Shown here in pieces: positions 1 through 8,396 of a stretch of 64,000 bases of DNA; position 1 is the stretch's first letter, and each line of letters begins with the position of its first letter. The position numbers and the translations under genes are program-made. Under the pieces are notes generated by a model. The model searched no databases and was not told the origin of the DNA. It saw only the letters and a program-made list of their open reading frames with translations. Origin of the DNA: a virus; IMG/VR virus record IMGVR_UViG_3300020056_000007; one strand, written 5' to 3'.

Positions 1-106
1 TGAGCTGCGAGCCCATATCTTGGATCTCTTTGCCCATACTTATAGCTTGTTTTATACCATTATAGGCCGTCGTAGCTAGGCCTATCGCTGTTACTGGATC
101 TATCAT
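1..106 (-). CDS. hypothetical phage protein, runs off window edge (MIDPVTAIGLATTAYNGIKQAISMGKEIQDMGSQL...)
   Basis: Translated by hand from ATG at 106; minus-strand TATAAATA at 179-186 upstream. Confidence 0.65.
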   Translation of the reverse strand, partial: MIDPVTAIGLATTAYNGIKQAISMGKEIQDMGSQL

Positions 107-178
107 TATGAACTCTTTTGTTTAAGTTAAGATAATAAAACTCAAAGTCTTAATGATATACTTTCGCCCTCTACAGTA

Positions 179-186
179 TATTTATA
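179..186 (-). promoter_or_regulatory. T4-type late promoter TATAAATA
   Basis: tatttata on + strand, upstream of the minus-strand ORF. Confidence 0.6.
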
Positions 187-227
187 AACAGTGACACTTT
201 TGTTTATATTAAATAAAAAATAAAGTG

Positions 228-256
228 TTTACATTTCTTAAAAGTTTTGATATAAT
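228..256 (+). promoter_or_regulatory. sigma70-like early promoter of tmRNA
   Basis: TTTACA(228-233)-17 bp-TATAAT(251-256), A-rich upstream. Confidence 0.85.
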
Positions 257-317
257 ATATAGTATGGTAGATGTTAGAGGACAGACAGGACTCGGGGGCG
301 GTACCCGACGCCTCCAC

Positions 318-577
318 CATAAATACACTAGGAGTGATTATGCCCGATGATGAAAACAAAAAAATTGTAGAAGTAAAAAACGAACCAAACTCATTTGAGT
401 TAATGTTAAGAGTTTTAGGAAATGAGTTTATTGGAATTAGATTAGCATCAACAAATGCTAGTGGTAAAATGATTTTATGGGCTATATTACTATTATTCTT
501 TACTTTCATGATTATGGAAGTCTTTGGATTCAATCAGTATTTTACTGGAATTGATTATTACGAGTAGTGTATTTATG
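318..577. repeat. perfect 13-bp inverted repeat CATAAATACACTA (318-330) / TAGTGTATTTATG (565-577)
   Basis: Exact reverse complements, adjoining the tmRNA acceptor stem. Confidence 0.95.
340..567 (+). CDS. 75-aa single-TM membrane protein inside the tmRNA intervening segment
   Basis: AGGAG SD at 330-334, ATG 340, TAG 565-567; hydrophobic ILWAILLLFFTFMIMEVFGF. Confidence 0.8.
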   Translation: MPDDENKKIVEVKNEPNSFELMLRVLGNEFIGIRLASTNASGKMILWAILLLFFTFMIMEVFGFNQYFTGIDYYE

Positions 578-742
578 ATGGGGGCGAACTAGGATCGACT
601 GATGTTTGAGTCTACGAAAAATAACTGCAAACGATAACTTTGCACCTTCAGATTACGCTTTAGCGGCATAATGCTGACGGGTTGGGCACTTACCTTGGAA
701 CAGAAAAGTGTCACCATTAATTTAAATCAAAGGAAGAAAAAT

Positions 743-1126
743 ATGAAAAATATTCTTGTAGCAGCTGCCCTTGTTGCAGTAAGCTCACTAGCCGCTAATG
801 CAAATGAGCTAGGCGGTGGATTCAGTTGGAATTTAGAAACAACAGCTGAACATAACGTAGATACCGAAGTAAGTACATGGACAATCACGCCAGAATTAAA
901 TTATGACATGATGGGTTTGCTTAATTTAGAAGTATCTTCAAAACTTAATTTGTACGATGGTACAGATTGGGCATGGGATGAAACTACTCATCTTACAGAA
1001 CCAACAATTAATTTTGAAGCTTCAAAAGAAGTTGTAGCAAATGCAGAAATTTATGCTAAAACTGGCTATGACTTCAAAACAGATGATATGACAGATGTCA
1101 CTGTTGGAGTTACTTGGAGCTGGTAA
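743..1126 (+). CDS. small outer-membrane beta-barrel/porin-like protein
   Basis: SD AGGA; signal peptide MKNILVAAALVAVSSLAANA; alternating beta pattern; C-terminal VTVGVTWSW aromatic beta-signal. Confidence 0.7.
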   Translation: MKNILVAAALVAVSSLAANANELGGGFSWNLETTAEHNVDTEVSTWTITPELNYDMMGLLNLEVSSKLNLYDGTDWAWDETTHLTEPTINFEASKEVVANAEIYAKTGYDFKTDDMTDVTVGVTWSW

Positions 1127-1203
1127 TATATAAACTATAGGGTCACTACTTAATAGGTGCGCGGTGGGCCACGGTTAGCCCACCATCATATGCATGGATT
1201 AAT

Positions 1204-2136
1204 ATGAATTATTTTGAATTAAAACCTGAAGAAAACACATTTTCAAATATTGTAATAGATCTTACTCATAGATGTAATATGGAGTGCGCTAATTGTTATA
1301 TCCCAAATAGAGATATTCCAGATCTAAATAAAAATAAACTATATGAGTTTTTATCTAAACTTCCTCATAGAACATATATAAGATTAATTGGTGCTGAACC
1401 AACAATGCGTGATGATTTGCCGGAAATTATATCTACGGTTAAAAAGCTTGGTCATCGCCCAAGTGTAACTACTAATGGATTAAAACTAGCTAGAAGAGAA
1501 TATGTAAAACAACTAAAAAATGCTGGTCTTAGATTATTACTTCATAGTATGAATGGTGCCGATGATGATATGGCATATAAAGAATTGGATAATGGTAATT
1601 GGGCTACAGTTAAAGTAAGAGCATTAGATAATATATTTGCTGAAAGACTACCAATTAATACTGGTACTATTATCGCTCGTGGTGTAAATGAATACATAAT
1701 GAATAGACAAGTAGAAGTGTTTGCTGAAAGAGCAATAAAGTCTGGAATCAATTTTAATACTACTGCTCCATATAATAGAATTACACCAGTTTTAAGAATG
1801 AAATCTGTAGGTGCAATCGGTAGATATATGGAAGGAGTGTCTTATACAATTGATGAATTAATTGAAATGGCAAGTTATAGATTAGGCGTAAATAAATCAG
1901 ATATGATTCAAACATCTGCGGGTGTTGTTAAAGCTGGTCCATCAATGGAGGCTTTAACATCTTGGATGTTTCCATATGAAACAGAAGCTGGTAAAATATT
2001 AATTAGACTTATAGATTGGCAAACTGATGATGATGGTGTTATCGATCATGATAATCCAAATAGAGGTAGACTTACCGAAAATTTTACAGTAGCACCTTTC
2101 TTTGAACATGTTAAAGTAAATGAGAACAATTACTAA
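1204..2136 (+). CDS. radical SAM protein (MoaA-like core)
   Basis: CNMECANC CxxxCxxC, GAEPT, TTNG motifs. Confidence 0.9.
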   Translation: MNYFELKPEENTFSNIVIDLTHRCNMECANCYIPNRDIPDLNKNKLYEFLSKLPHRTYIRLIGAEPTMRDDLPEIISTVKKLGHRPSVTTNGLKLARREYVKQLKNAGLRLLLHSMNGADDDMAYKELDNGNWATVKVRALDNIFAERLPINTGTIIARGVNEYIMNRQVEVFAERAIKSGINFNTTAPYNRITPVLRMKSVGAIGRYMEGVSYTIDELIEMASYRLGVNKSDMIQTSAGVVKAGPSMEALTSWMFPYETEAGKILIRLIDWQTDDDGVIDHDNPNRGRLTENFTVAPFFEHVKVNENNY

Positions 2137-2626
2137 ATACGATAAACTTTGGTTTTATGCTTTAGATCAAATATTTGAAATGATTGAAAGAATACCAGAT
2201 AACGATTATCTTAAAGAAAATTATTCTATAGATAATCTGCAATCTCATACATGGGAAGCAGTATCATACGATAAAAATCAATTTTCTTCTATACTCCATA
2301 GAGATTTATGGGGTAACAATTGTAGAATTTTAAATAGATTCTATAAAACTCCAGAATCTAGATTCGAAAATTCAAAAGGGAAAATGTCTCAAGCTACTTT
2401 AGAAATGATTGATCAGCAATTAAAAGTTGCACATAAATTAGGATTTGATTGTGCATTTATGAGCAGAGAAAAAAATCATCAAGCATTTAGACACTATGTT
2501 AAACATTTACCACAAGATTGGTATATAGAAAATTCACCTTATCAAATGACAGAAACAAGTTGGCAACATTTAATGTGGACACCAATAAATAGTAACATAT
2601 TAATAATGGAGAATCAAAATGGTTAA
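2120..2626 (+). CDS. hypothetical, possible GNAT-fold protein
   Basis: RILNRFY...MIDQQLKVAHKLGFDCAFMSRE pattern; overlaps neighbours in operon. Confidence 0.4.
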   Translation: MRTITKYDKLWFYALDQIFEMIERIPDNDYLKENYSIDNLQSHTWEAVSYDKNQFSSILHRDLWGNNCRILNRFYKTPESRFENSKGKMSQATLEMIDQQLKVAHKLGFDCAFMSREKNHQAFRHYVKHLPQDWYIENSPYQMTETSWQHLMWTPINSNILIMENQNG

Positions 2627-3434
2627 AGTGATAGAAAATATTAATTATTCTATTGATGGCCCAAAAGTGGTAGAATATCTTGGCGATCATCGCACTGTAA
2701 TTATTAAAAATAAACAACCAGTAGAACCTGAAACTCTTATAAGTTTTTATAAAACACTTGGTAATGTTATTCAACAAAATGACAAAGTTACAGGAACTAT
2801 TGCGACAGGTGAATTGGTTAAAGTTAGGCAAAACGGTTTATTTGCTGGTAAAGAAGATGGCGAATTAGAATGGCATTCAGCTGGAATGAATAGAACTGGT
2901 CATGATGATATCGTAGCAATGTATATGCATCAACCCGCTGAGAGTGGAGGTGATACTTATTTTACTGATCATCAAACTGCTTGGAACGATCTTGATGAAG
3001 AAACAAAAAATATATGTCGCAGCGTAAAATCAAAAACAGTTACATATACATCTAAAATGAAATTAGAAAAAATGCACTATAAAAATGTATTTAGTGATGA
3101 ACAAACTATGATGGAATTTAGAGATATAGATGGAAAAACTAGTTTTGAAAAACAAACACCTCGTAAAGATTTAGTTACAAAACATCCTATTAATAATAAA
3201 GAAGGATTATATTATCCATGGAGTGTTATTAGAGGTTTTACTGGTTTAGATCGTGATCAACAACATTCTTTATATTATAAATTAAAAAGCCATACATTAA
3301 AATCAAAGTATGTTTATACGCATAAATGGGATAAATATGATATTGTTTTAAGCGACCAACATCATAGCTTACATAAACGTGATGCATATACCGGTGATCG
3401 TGAATTATGGAGGGCTGGAATATGCTTGAAATAG
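2619..3434 (+). CDS. TauD/TfdA-family 2OG dioxygenase-like
   Basis: EWHSAG, GGDTYFTD, HKWDKYDIVLSDQHHSLHKR, RELWR. Confidence 0.85.
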   Translation: MVKVIENINYSIDGPKVVEYLGDHRTVIIKNKQPVEPETLISFYKTLGNVIQQNDKVTGTIATGELVKVRQNGLFAGKEDGELEWHSAGMNRTGHDDIVAMYMHQPAESGGDTYFTDHQTAWNDLDEETKNICRSVKSKTVTYTSKMKLEKMHYKNVFSDEQTMMEFRDIDGKTSFEKQTPRKDLVTKHPINNKEGLYYPWSVIRGFTGLDRDQQHSLYYKLKSHTLKSKYVYTHKWDKYDIVLSDQHHSLHKRDAYTGDRELWRAGICLK

Positions 3435-4150
3435 AATATAAAGATTATCATAAATTTAATCTTAAAGAAGAAGTATTATCTAATGGAATAGTTTGTATTA
3501 GAAATGCTGAGTTAACTATGCCTGAATTTGAAAAAATTGCTGAATCATTGGGTAAATTACTTAAAACAAATAAGCATGCTATAAATGAAAAAAGAAATAT
3601 TCAAGAATTAAGTAATAATGAATTATTAAGAGATGGAGATGTTGATTGGCATAATGATTGGTCATATGGTAGAGGAAACTATTTTGGAACAATGCTGTAT
3701 AATGTTAAGAATGCACACTTAAGTCCAACTTGGTTTGTTGATACTAGTAAAGTTCCATATTGGTTAAAGCTGCATTACATCGATTGTACAGGATATTATT
3801 GGTTGCCTCAGAAAAATAATGAAGTATATGCGTTTGGTACTGATTCTGAAATTAATAAATGCTTTACAGATAAACAATTAAAAATTTTAGAAAAGTATGT
3901 ACAGAAAAGATCATTTGTAATGGATCATTTTAAAACAAATGAAGAACTTTTATATTGTAGTCTTGGCACAATTCAAAAAATGGATAATGAAAAAGAATTA
4001 GATACATTTAGAGATTATTGTGAAAATAATAATTATAAACATGAATGGCAAGAAGGTGATATATTATTATGGGATAATTTAAAAATGATTCATAAAAGAG
4101 TAGCTTTCGAAGGAGACCGTATTTTATGGAGGACTCAATTTTCAATATAG
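3422..4150 (+). CDS. TauD/TfdA-family 2OG dioxygenase
   Basis: WHND, HEWQEGDILLWDNLKMIHKR, RILWR; start moved to ATG 3422. Confidence 0.9.
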   Translation: MLEIEYKDYHKFNLKEEVLSNGIVCIRNAELTMPEFEKIAESLGKLLKTNKHAINEKRNIQELSNNELLRDGDVDWHNDWSYGRGNYFGTMLYNVKNAHLSPTWFVDTSKVPYWLKLHYIDCTGYYWLPQKNNEVYAFGTDSEINKCFTDKQLKILEKYVQKRSFVMDHFKTNEELLYCSLGTIQKMDNEKELDTFRDYCENNNYKHEWQEGDILLWDNLKMIHKRVAFEGDRILWRTQFSI

Positions 4151-4569
4151 CTGTTATTAGTTTTCCAAGAACTGCTAGTAAATCATTAGCAGAATGGTAT
4201 GGTAGAAAATATAATAAATCAGTTGCTCTTGGATCTTTACATACACCAGAATATCTAGGTGAAAATTTATATGACACTAAAAAAATAGTGAAAGATAAAA
4301 CAGACATATTGCATGGCCATTGGCATTCTCTTCATAAATTAGATACGGAAACTTTAGGTGATTTATTTCTTAATTATAAAATTGTAACATGTTATAGAAA
4401 AGAAGAATTAGTAAGAGCATCTATATTGAGAGTTACAGGAAAAGATTTATTTGATAAAACAATGCACCAAACATTGAGAGAAAAAGGTCGATGGAAAATA
4501 TGGAAAGAACATATAGTTAACGGAGATCAAGTTGAAACTGTTAAAGGAATACCACACGGCTATTGCTAG
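4126..4569 (+). CDS. sulfotransferase-like protein (short)
   Basis: N-terminal SFPRTASKSL resembles the PAPS-binding PSB loop. Confidence 0.5.
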   Translation: MEDSIFNIAVISFPRTASKSLAEWYGRKYNKSVALGSLHTPEYLGENLYDTKKIVKDKTDILHGHWHSLHKLDTETLGDLFLNYKIVTCYRKEELVRASILRVTGKDLFDKTMHQTLREKGRWKIWKEHIVNGDQVETVKGIPHGYC

Positions 4570-5170
4570 TGATTATGTTCTTCAATTAAATTATGAAGAA
4601 TATAATTTAAAGAAATTAGAACAATGTTTTTGGAATAAGTATTCTTATAAAGATCCTACGCCAAAAGGTTGGCATAGTCTTCGTGAATTTGATGATATAA
4701 TTCTTAATTGCTTACCTAAAAAATTAATTCCTTATTTAGTTACTAAAGATTTATTTGTATTATATTTTCATAATAAAAGACCTCCACGTCAACTATCAGA
4801 TGGATTAGAACGAACAGTTATTCATCGTGACGGTGGAGACGTTATGAAATGGTATGCTCAAATTAATTTACCAGTTTATAATTGTAATGAAAATAGTAAG
4901 ACTATATTCTGGGACACAGTTGGAGAATATAAAGATTTACCAGGTTTTAAATCTACTATGCTTAAAGAAGGAAATTTAAAGAAATCAATAGAGTTTGCTA
5001 TGACTGATAAACCAGTATTATTTAATAGTCGTAAATATCATTCAGTTGATTTACCTGATTTAAAGGTTGAAAGAGCATCTTTCACTATTAGATTTAAAGA
5101 AGAATATAGTTGGGAAGATGCTAAAAAATTATGTGGAGAATACATTGAAGATACTACATCAGCACCCTAA
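4532..5170 (+). CDS. 2OG-Fe(II)/cupin oxygenase-like
   Basis: IHRD...QINLP...VLFNSRKYHSV...RASFTIRF. Confidence 0.7.
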   Translation: MKLLKEYHTAIASDYVLQLNYEEYNLKKLEQCFWNKYSYKDPTPKGWHSLREFDDIILNCLPKKLIPYLVTKDLFVLYFHNKRPPRQLSDGLERTVIHRDGGDVMKWYAQINLPVYNCNENSKTIFWDTVGEYKDLPGFKSTMLKEGNLKKSIEFAMTDKPVLFNSRKYHSVDLPDLKVERASFTIRFKEEYSWEDAKKLCGEYIEDTTSAP

Positions 5171-5741
5171 TCATAAATCGCATGATTATGTTGTACCTTT
5201 AAATATTAATATATCAAAAGCAAAAGATGTTTTTTTCAAATATTATAATGAAAAGAAAAAAACATTTTTAAATAGTTTTCCTATGAATGAAGAAGCTTTA
5301 TCTATTTTGCCTGAAGAACTTCATCCATGGATAGAATTAAATCAAATATGGATAGGATATTTTCATAGCAAAAGAAAAACTGGTGCATATATTCCAATTC
5401 ATGTAGATAATCATAGATCAAATGTTAAATATCCATGCAGTATTAATATACCTTTAATTGGATGTTCAGAAAATATTACTACAAGTTTTTGGGAACCAGT
5501 TGGAGAAGTAAGAGGATTAGAAAAACCTAAAGCTGAATGGTATGATTATGGACAATTAAATCATGCATTTGAATTTGCTCTAACAGATACTGCAGTACTA
5601 TATAATAATCAAAAATGGCATAGTGTTTTTAATCCAATGCCTCAAGATCATGAAAGAGCAATTATGATTTTTAAATTTAGTAATGAAGTTCCTCAATGGG
5701 AGGACTGTCGTCAATTAACCCATGCTCTTCACAAAGTTTAA
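5145..5741 (+). CDS. 2OG-Fe(II)/cupin oxygenase-like
   Basis: IHVD...SINIP...WHSV...RAIMIFKF; TTG start after GGAG. Confidence 0.7.
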   Translation: MKILHQHPNHKSHDYVVPLNINISKAKDVFFKYYNEKKKTFLNSFPMNEEALSILPEELHPWIELNQIWIGYFHSKRKTGAYIPIHVDNHRSNVKYPCSINIPLIGCSENITTSFWEPVGEVRGLEKPKAEWYDYGQLNHAFEFALTDTAVLYNNQKWHSVFNPMPQDHERAIMIFKFSNEVPQWEDCRQLTHALHKV

Positions 5742-6294
5742 TTGCATCTTCCCAACTAATTCCTGGTTTAAATCTCCAGCTTAATCCAATTCTTAAATCA
5801 TCACTATTATTGTCTACGCTATGTGGCCATTCAGTTCGAAACAAAACTGCATGATCTTTCATTACAAAGCTTTCTTTAATTACTAAATCAGATTTATTTA
5901 CTATATCTCTTGCTGGTATATTTAAATAGATATATTCTAAATCTCTATTATCTTCAAAATCCCAAAAATGTGTAACTACTCGTTCATCACAATTTTTAAC
6001 GGGTATATTAATTGAAACAGTATATGTATTTTCTGGTGTATTAGCCTGCCCATCAGCATGAATTGGTATATTATATTTTGGAAATACATTTAACACGAGA
6101 ACCACATCTCTTAAATATTCACTAATTGGACCAATTGTAGATATTAATTTTTTAGAAACTGGAATATGGTTATTCCATTTTTTCATTCGTTTTAGTAAAT
6201 CTAAATCAGCATTTTTTAAAAAATTTTCATTAATATATTCATAATAAAAATCTTTAGGAATATGAAATCCCTTGAGAGGAACTATATATTTCAT
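5677..6294 (-). CDS. 2OG-Fe(II)/cupin oxygenase-like
   Basis: IHAD...SINIP...PHSVDN...RIGLSWRF. Confidence 0.7.
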   Translation of the reverse strand: MKYIVPLKGFHIPKDFYYEYINENFLKNADLDLLKRMKKWNNHIPVSKKLISTIGPISEYLRDVVLVLNVFPKYNIPIHADGQANTPENTYTVSINIPVKNCDERVVTHFWDFEDNRDLEYIYLNIPARDIVNKSDLVIKESFVMKDHAVLFRTEWPHSVDNNSDDLRIGLSWRFKPGISWEDAIKLCEEHGLIDDSPPIEELHY

Positions 6295-6745
6295 TTAATT
6301 CTCCAACCGTTTGAGTATAACTCAAACTCAATACAACTCTATTAAATGGACTGAGACTATTATCAACTCGATGAGGTATATCAACTCTCCAACATTTCGC
6401 AGTTTTTAAATCTATTGATTCAATCACTTCATCATTTTTCATATATTGAAACATACTAGTATGATGAACTTTAATTGGTATGTTGATTGCAGTAATTCTT
6501 TGTTTTAATCCAGCTTCTGCAGCTTTATTATCAATATGTGTTTTACACACTGTTTTTGCTGGAACCATAATGATAGATGCATATTCTGGTTTTGGTACAT
6601 TTAAATATGATATTTTGTTTAAGTACTCTTCATTTAATCTAAATGGTCTTATAGACCAGTTTGGCTCTGTAATAACATCGCCGATTTTTAAAATCCATTG
6701 TTTATCATTGGGTTTTAAATTCGTTTTCACTTCAAACCATTTCAT
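6254..6745 (-). CDS. 2OG-Fe(II)/cupin oxygenase-like
   Basis: THID...AINIP...PHRVDN...RVVLSL. Confidence 0.7.
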   Translation of the reverse strand: MKWFEVKTNLKPNDKQWILKIGDVITEPNWSIRPFRLNEEYLNKISYLNVPKPEYASIIMVPAKTVCKTHIDNKAAEAGLKQRITAINIPIKVHHTSMFQYMKNDEVIESIDLKTAKCWRVDIPHRVDNSLSPFNRVVLSLSYTQTVGELNEIYSSSQGISYS

Positions 6746-7196
6746 TAACTAATCCTACAATATGATATCTTAATAATTCTTTTTCTCCATTTAAAGCTGT
6801 ATGTGTTTTAGTTGTATCAACACAATAAGCTCTACCAGCATTTAATCTATAAACTTCATCATTTACTACAAATAAACATTTATCACTTGTAATTAAAGGG
6901 AAATGAATTCTAGGGCTTACATCAGTATGAATAGTATAACATGTTTGAGGATGTAAACACATTAGTCGAGAAGTCGACATATTAAATTTAGCAAAAAGAT
7001 AATTTAAATTTGGTAAATCGAAAGTAGGATCTTTCCCCTTTTGTAAAAAAACATTATTGCTTTTATCAAGGGGCCAATCTTCTTCTATTTTTTTATAACT
7101 GTTAGAAATTTCTGGCGTTAATAAAAATTTTACTTCATTTAAAATTTCATTTAAATTTATTTCACCTAAATCATTCACTATATTCTGTAAAGTCAT
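6732..7196 (-). CDS. Asp/Asn beta-hydroxylase-like 2OG oxygenase
   Basis: RLMCLHPQTCYTIHTD..RIHFPLIT...HTALN...RYHIV. Confidence 0.75.
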   Translation of the reverse strand: MTLQNIVNDLGEINLNEILNEVKFLLTPEISNSYKKIEEDWPLDKSNNVFLQKGKDPTFDLPNLNYLFAKFNMSTSRLMCLHPQTCYTIHTDVSPRIHFPLITSDKCLFVVNDEVYRLNAGRAYCVDTTKTHTALNGEKELLRYHIVGLVNEMV

Positions 7197-7491
7197 ATTC
7201 TATCACTTCATCAACATGAGGTAAAGCTGTTAGTGTTGTTCGAATATCAGTTAAACTCATAATGTTTAAAAACTCATCAGCTTTAGTATCTGTCCATACT
7301 CTTTCAACTGTAAGAGTAAGGTTATCTTCTGATAAACTTGGTGGAATATTATCAACAATATGTCCAGTCATCATACCTTCAGCAACGTATTGTCTTAGAG
7401 CTAAATTAATATTAGTTCCGATTGACGCCATTGCAGCTTCAGCATCAGTTTGTGGATTAGTAAATCTAACTACGTATCGCTGTTGTTTCAT
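7171..7491 (-). CDS. hypothetical protein
   Basis: ORF with GGAG SD inside operon; no enzyme motif. Confidence 0.7.
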   Translation of the reverse strand: MKQQRYVVRFTNPQTDAEAAMASIGTNINLALRQYVAEGMMTGHIVDNIPPSLSEDNLTLTVERVWTDTKADEFLNIMSLTDIRTTLTALPHVDEVIEYDFTEYSE

Positions 7492-7505
7492 TCTTTTTCT
7501 CCATT

Positions 7506-8270
7506 TTATTCTGCAAATTCTAACTGTGTCATTTCAATATGTAAAATATTTTGTTGACCTTTATATTCTTCCCATTCAAATTTACAAGGGTTAATCTTAA
7601 AATCTTCTATGCCATCTATAAGAGTTGATATAATCTCTTTCTTATTATATATGGTAACAAATTCTTCTACATTATCCCAATACGTATTTCCTTCTTTATT
7701 TAATTTTTCATAAAATTGCGTAGACTGTACAATTTGATTATTAACCAAATACATTGCCATTGGATCTCCAAAAGATTCTTTTATAAGACTATCGCATTTT
7801 CCATATTTTTGTAATCTTTTATGTTGAAAATATTGTAACATGGGAATATTATCAAAAGTAACAAATGATAATAATAATTCAATTTTTTCATAGCTTTTTT
7901 TATAACCAATTAATGAATTAATAATATCCATCATATTTTCTAAAGTAGTATGTGAAAATACACTATAAGCAACTATTCCTTTAATGAAGTATTTCTTTGG
8001 TAATACTGGTGGAAGATCAGCGCCATTTTTATTATATACGGGATTGTACATATTGAACCATGTAAACTCATAATCTGGAAAATTTTCTCTAGCTTTGTGA
8101 ATATTATTAATATCTACATCAATTCCCAAGTAATTACTTGGATCTATTTTAAAGCTCCTAAGTAAATTACCAGTACCACAGCCATAGTCTATGATTTTTT
8201 CTTCAGGTTTACAAGAAGAAATCATTTTCTTTAAGGCATTACTTTTGATTTTGTACTTTTCTGTATGCAT
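7506..8270 (-). CDS. class I SAM-dependent methyltransferase
   Basis: IIDYGCGTG, YLGIDVD, AYSVFSH. Confidence 0.9.
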   Translation of the reverse strand: MHTEKYKIKSNALKKMISSCKPEEKIIDYGCGTGNLLRSFKIDPSNYLGIDVDINNIHKARENFPDYEFTWFNMYNPVYNKNGADLPPVLPKKYFIKGIVAYSVFSHTTLENMMDIINSLIGYKKSYEKIELLLSFVTFDNIPMLQYFQHKRLQKYGKCDSLIKESFGDPMAMYLVNNQIVQSTQFYEKLNKEGNTYWDNVEEFVTIYNKKEIISTLIDGIEDFKINPCKFEWEEYKGQQNILHIEMTQLEFAE

Positions 8271-8275
8271 GTTTA

Positions 8276-8283
8276 TATTTATA
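8276..8283 (-). promoter_or_regulatory. late promoter TATAAATA driving the methyltransferase/oxygenase operon
   Basis: tatttata 5 nt from ATG 8270. Confidence 0.65.
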
Positions 8284-8327
8284 TCTTATTTTTTTGAAAA
8301 AAAATTGAAAAAAAGTGAAAAAAACGG

Positions 8328-8356
8328 TTTACATTTAAGTGAAACTATGGTAGAAT
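8328..8356 (+). promoter_or_regulatory. T4-type early promoter
   Basis: TTTACA-17-TAGAAT with A-tract UP element. Confidence 0.85.
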
Positions 8357-8396
8357 ATATCTATAAAATGAAAAAAGCCAAAGAGGAGATAATCAT

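Larger units (their letters stand above)
263..716 (+). ncRNA. ssrA: permuted two-piece tmRNA (alphaproteobacterial type): acceptor piece ~263-319, intervening segment 320-579, coding piece 580-~716; tag ANDNFAPSDYALAA*
   Basis: GACTCGGGGGCGGTACCCGACGCCTCCACCA (T-arm+CCA) precedes GGGGGCGAACTAGGATCGAC; 580-586 pairs with 309-315 with G3-U70; resume context ATAACT-GCA; tag 627-671 ends ALAA-TAA. Confidence 0.95.

Noticed and set aside
263-319. Acceptor piece as an integration-site (att) remnant or tRNA fragment
   Set aside because: It pairs with 580-586 as part of a complete permuted tmRNA; no integrase or duplicated 3' end in the window.
271-339. N-terminal extension of ORF 271-567
   Set aside because: It is the tmRNA acceptor piece; the SD-supported start is 340.
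204-533. Minus-strand 109-aa ORF
   Set aside because: Antisense to the tmRNA, its promoter and the nested ORF; no SD or motif.
671-742. N-terminal extension of the porin-like ORF
   Set aside because: Overlaps the tmRNA coding piece; signal peptide and SD indicate ATG 743.
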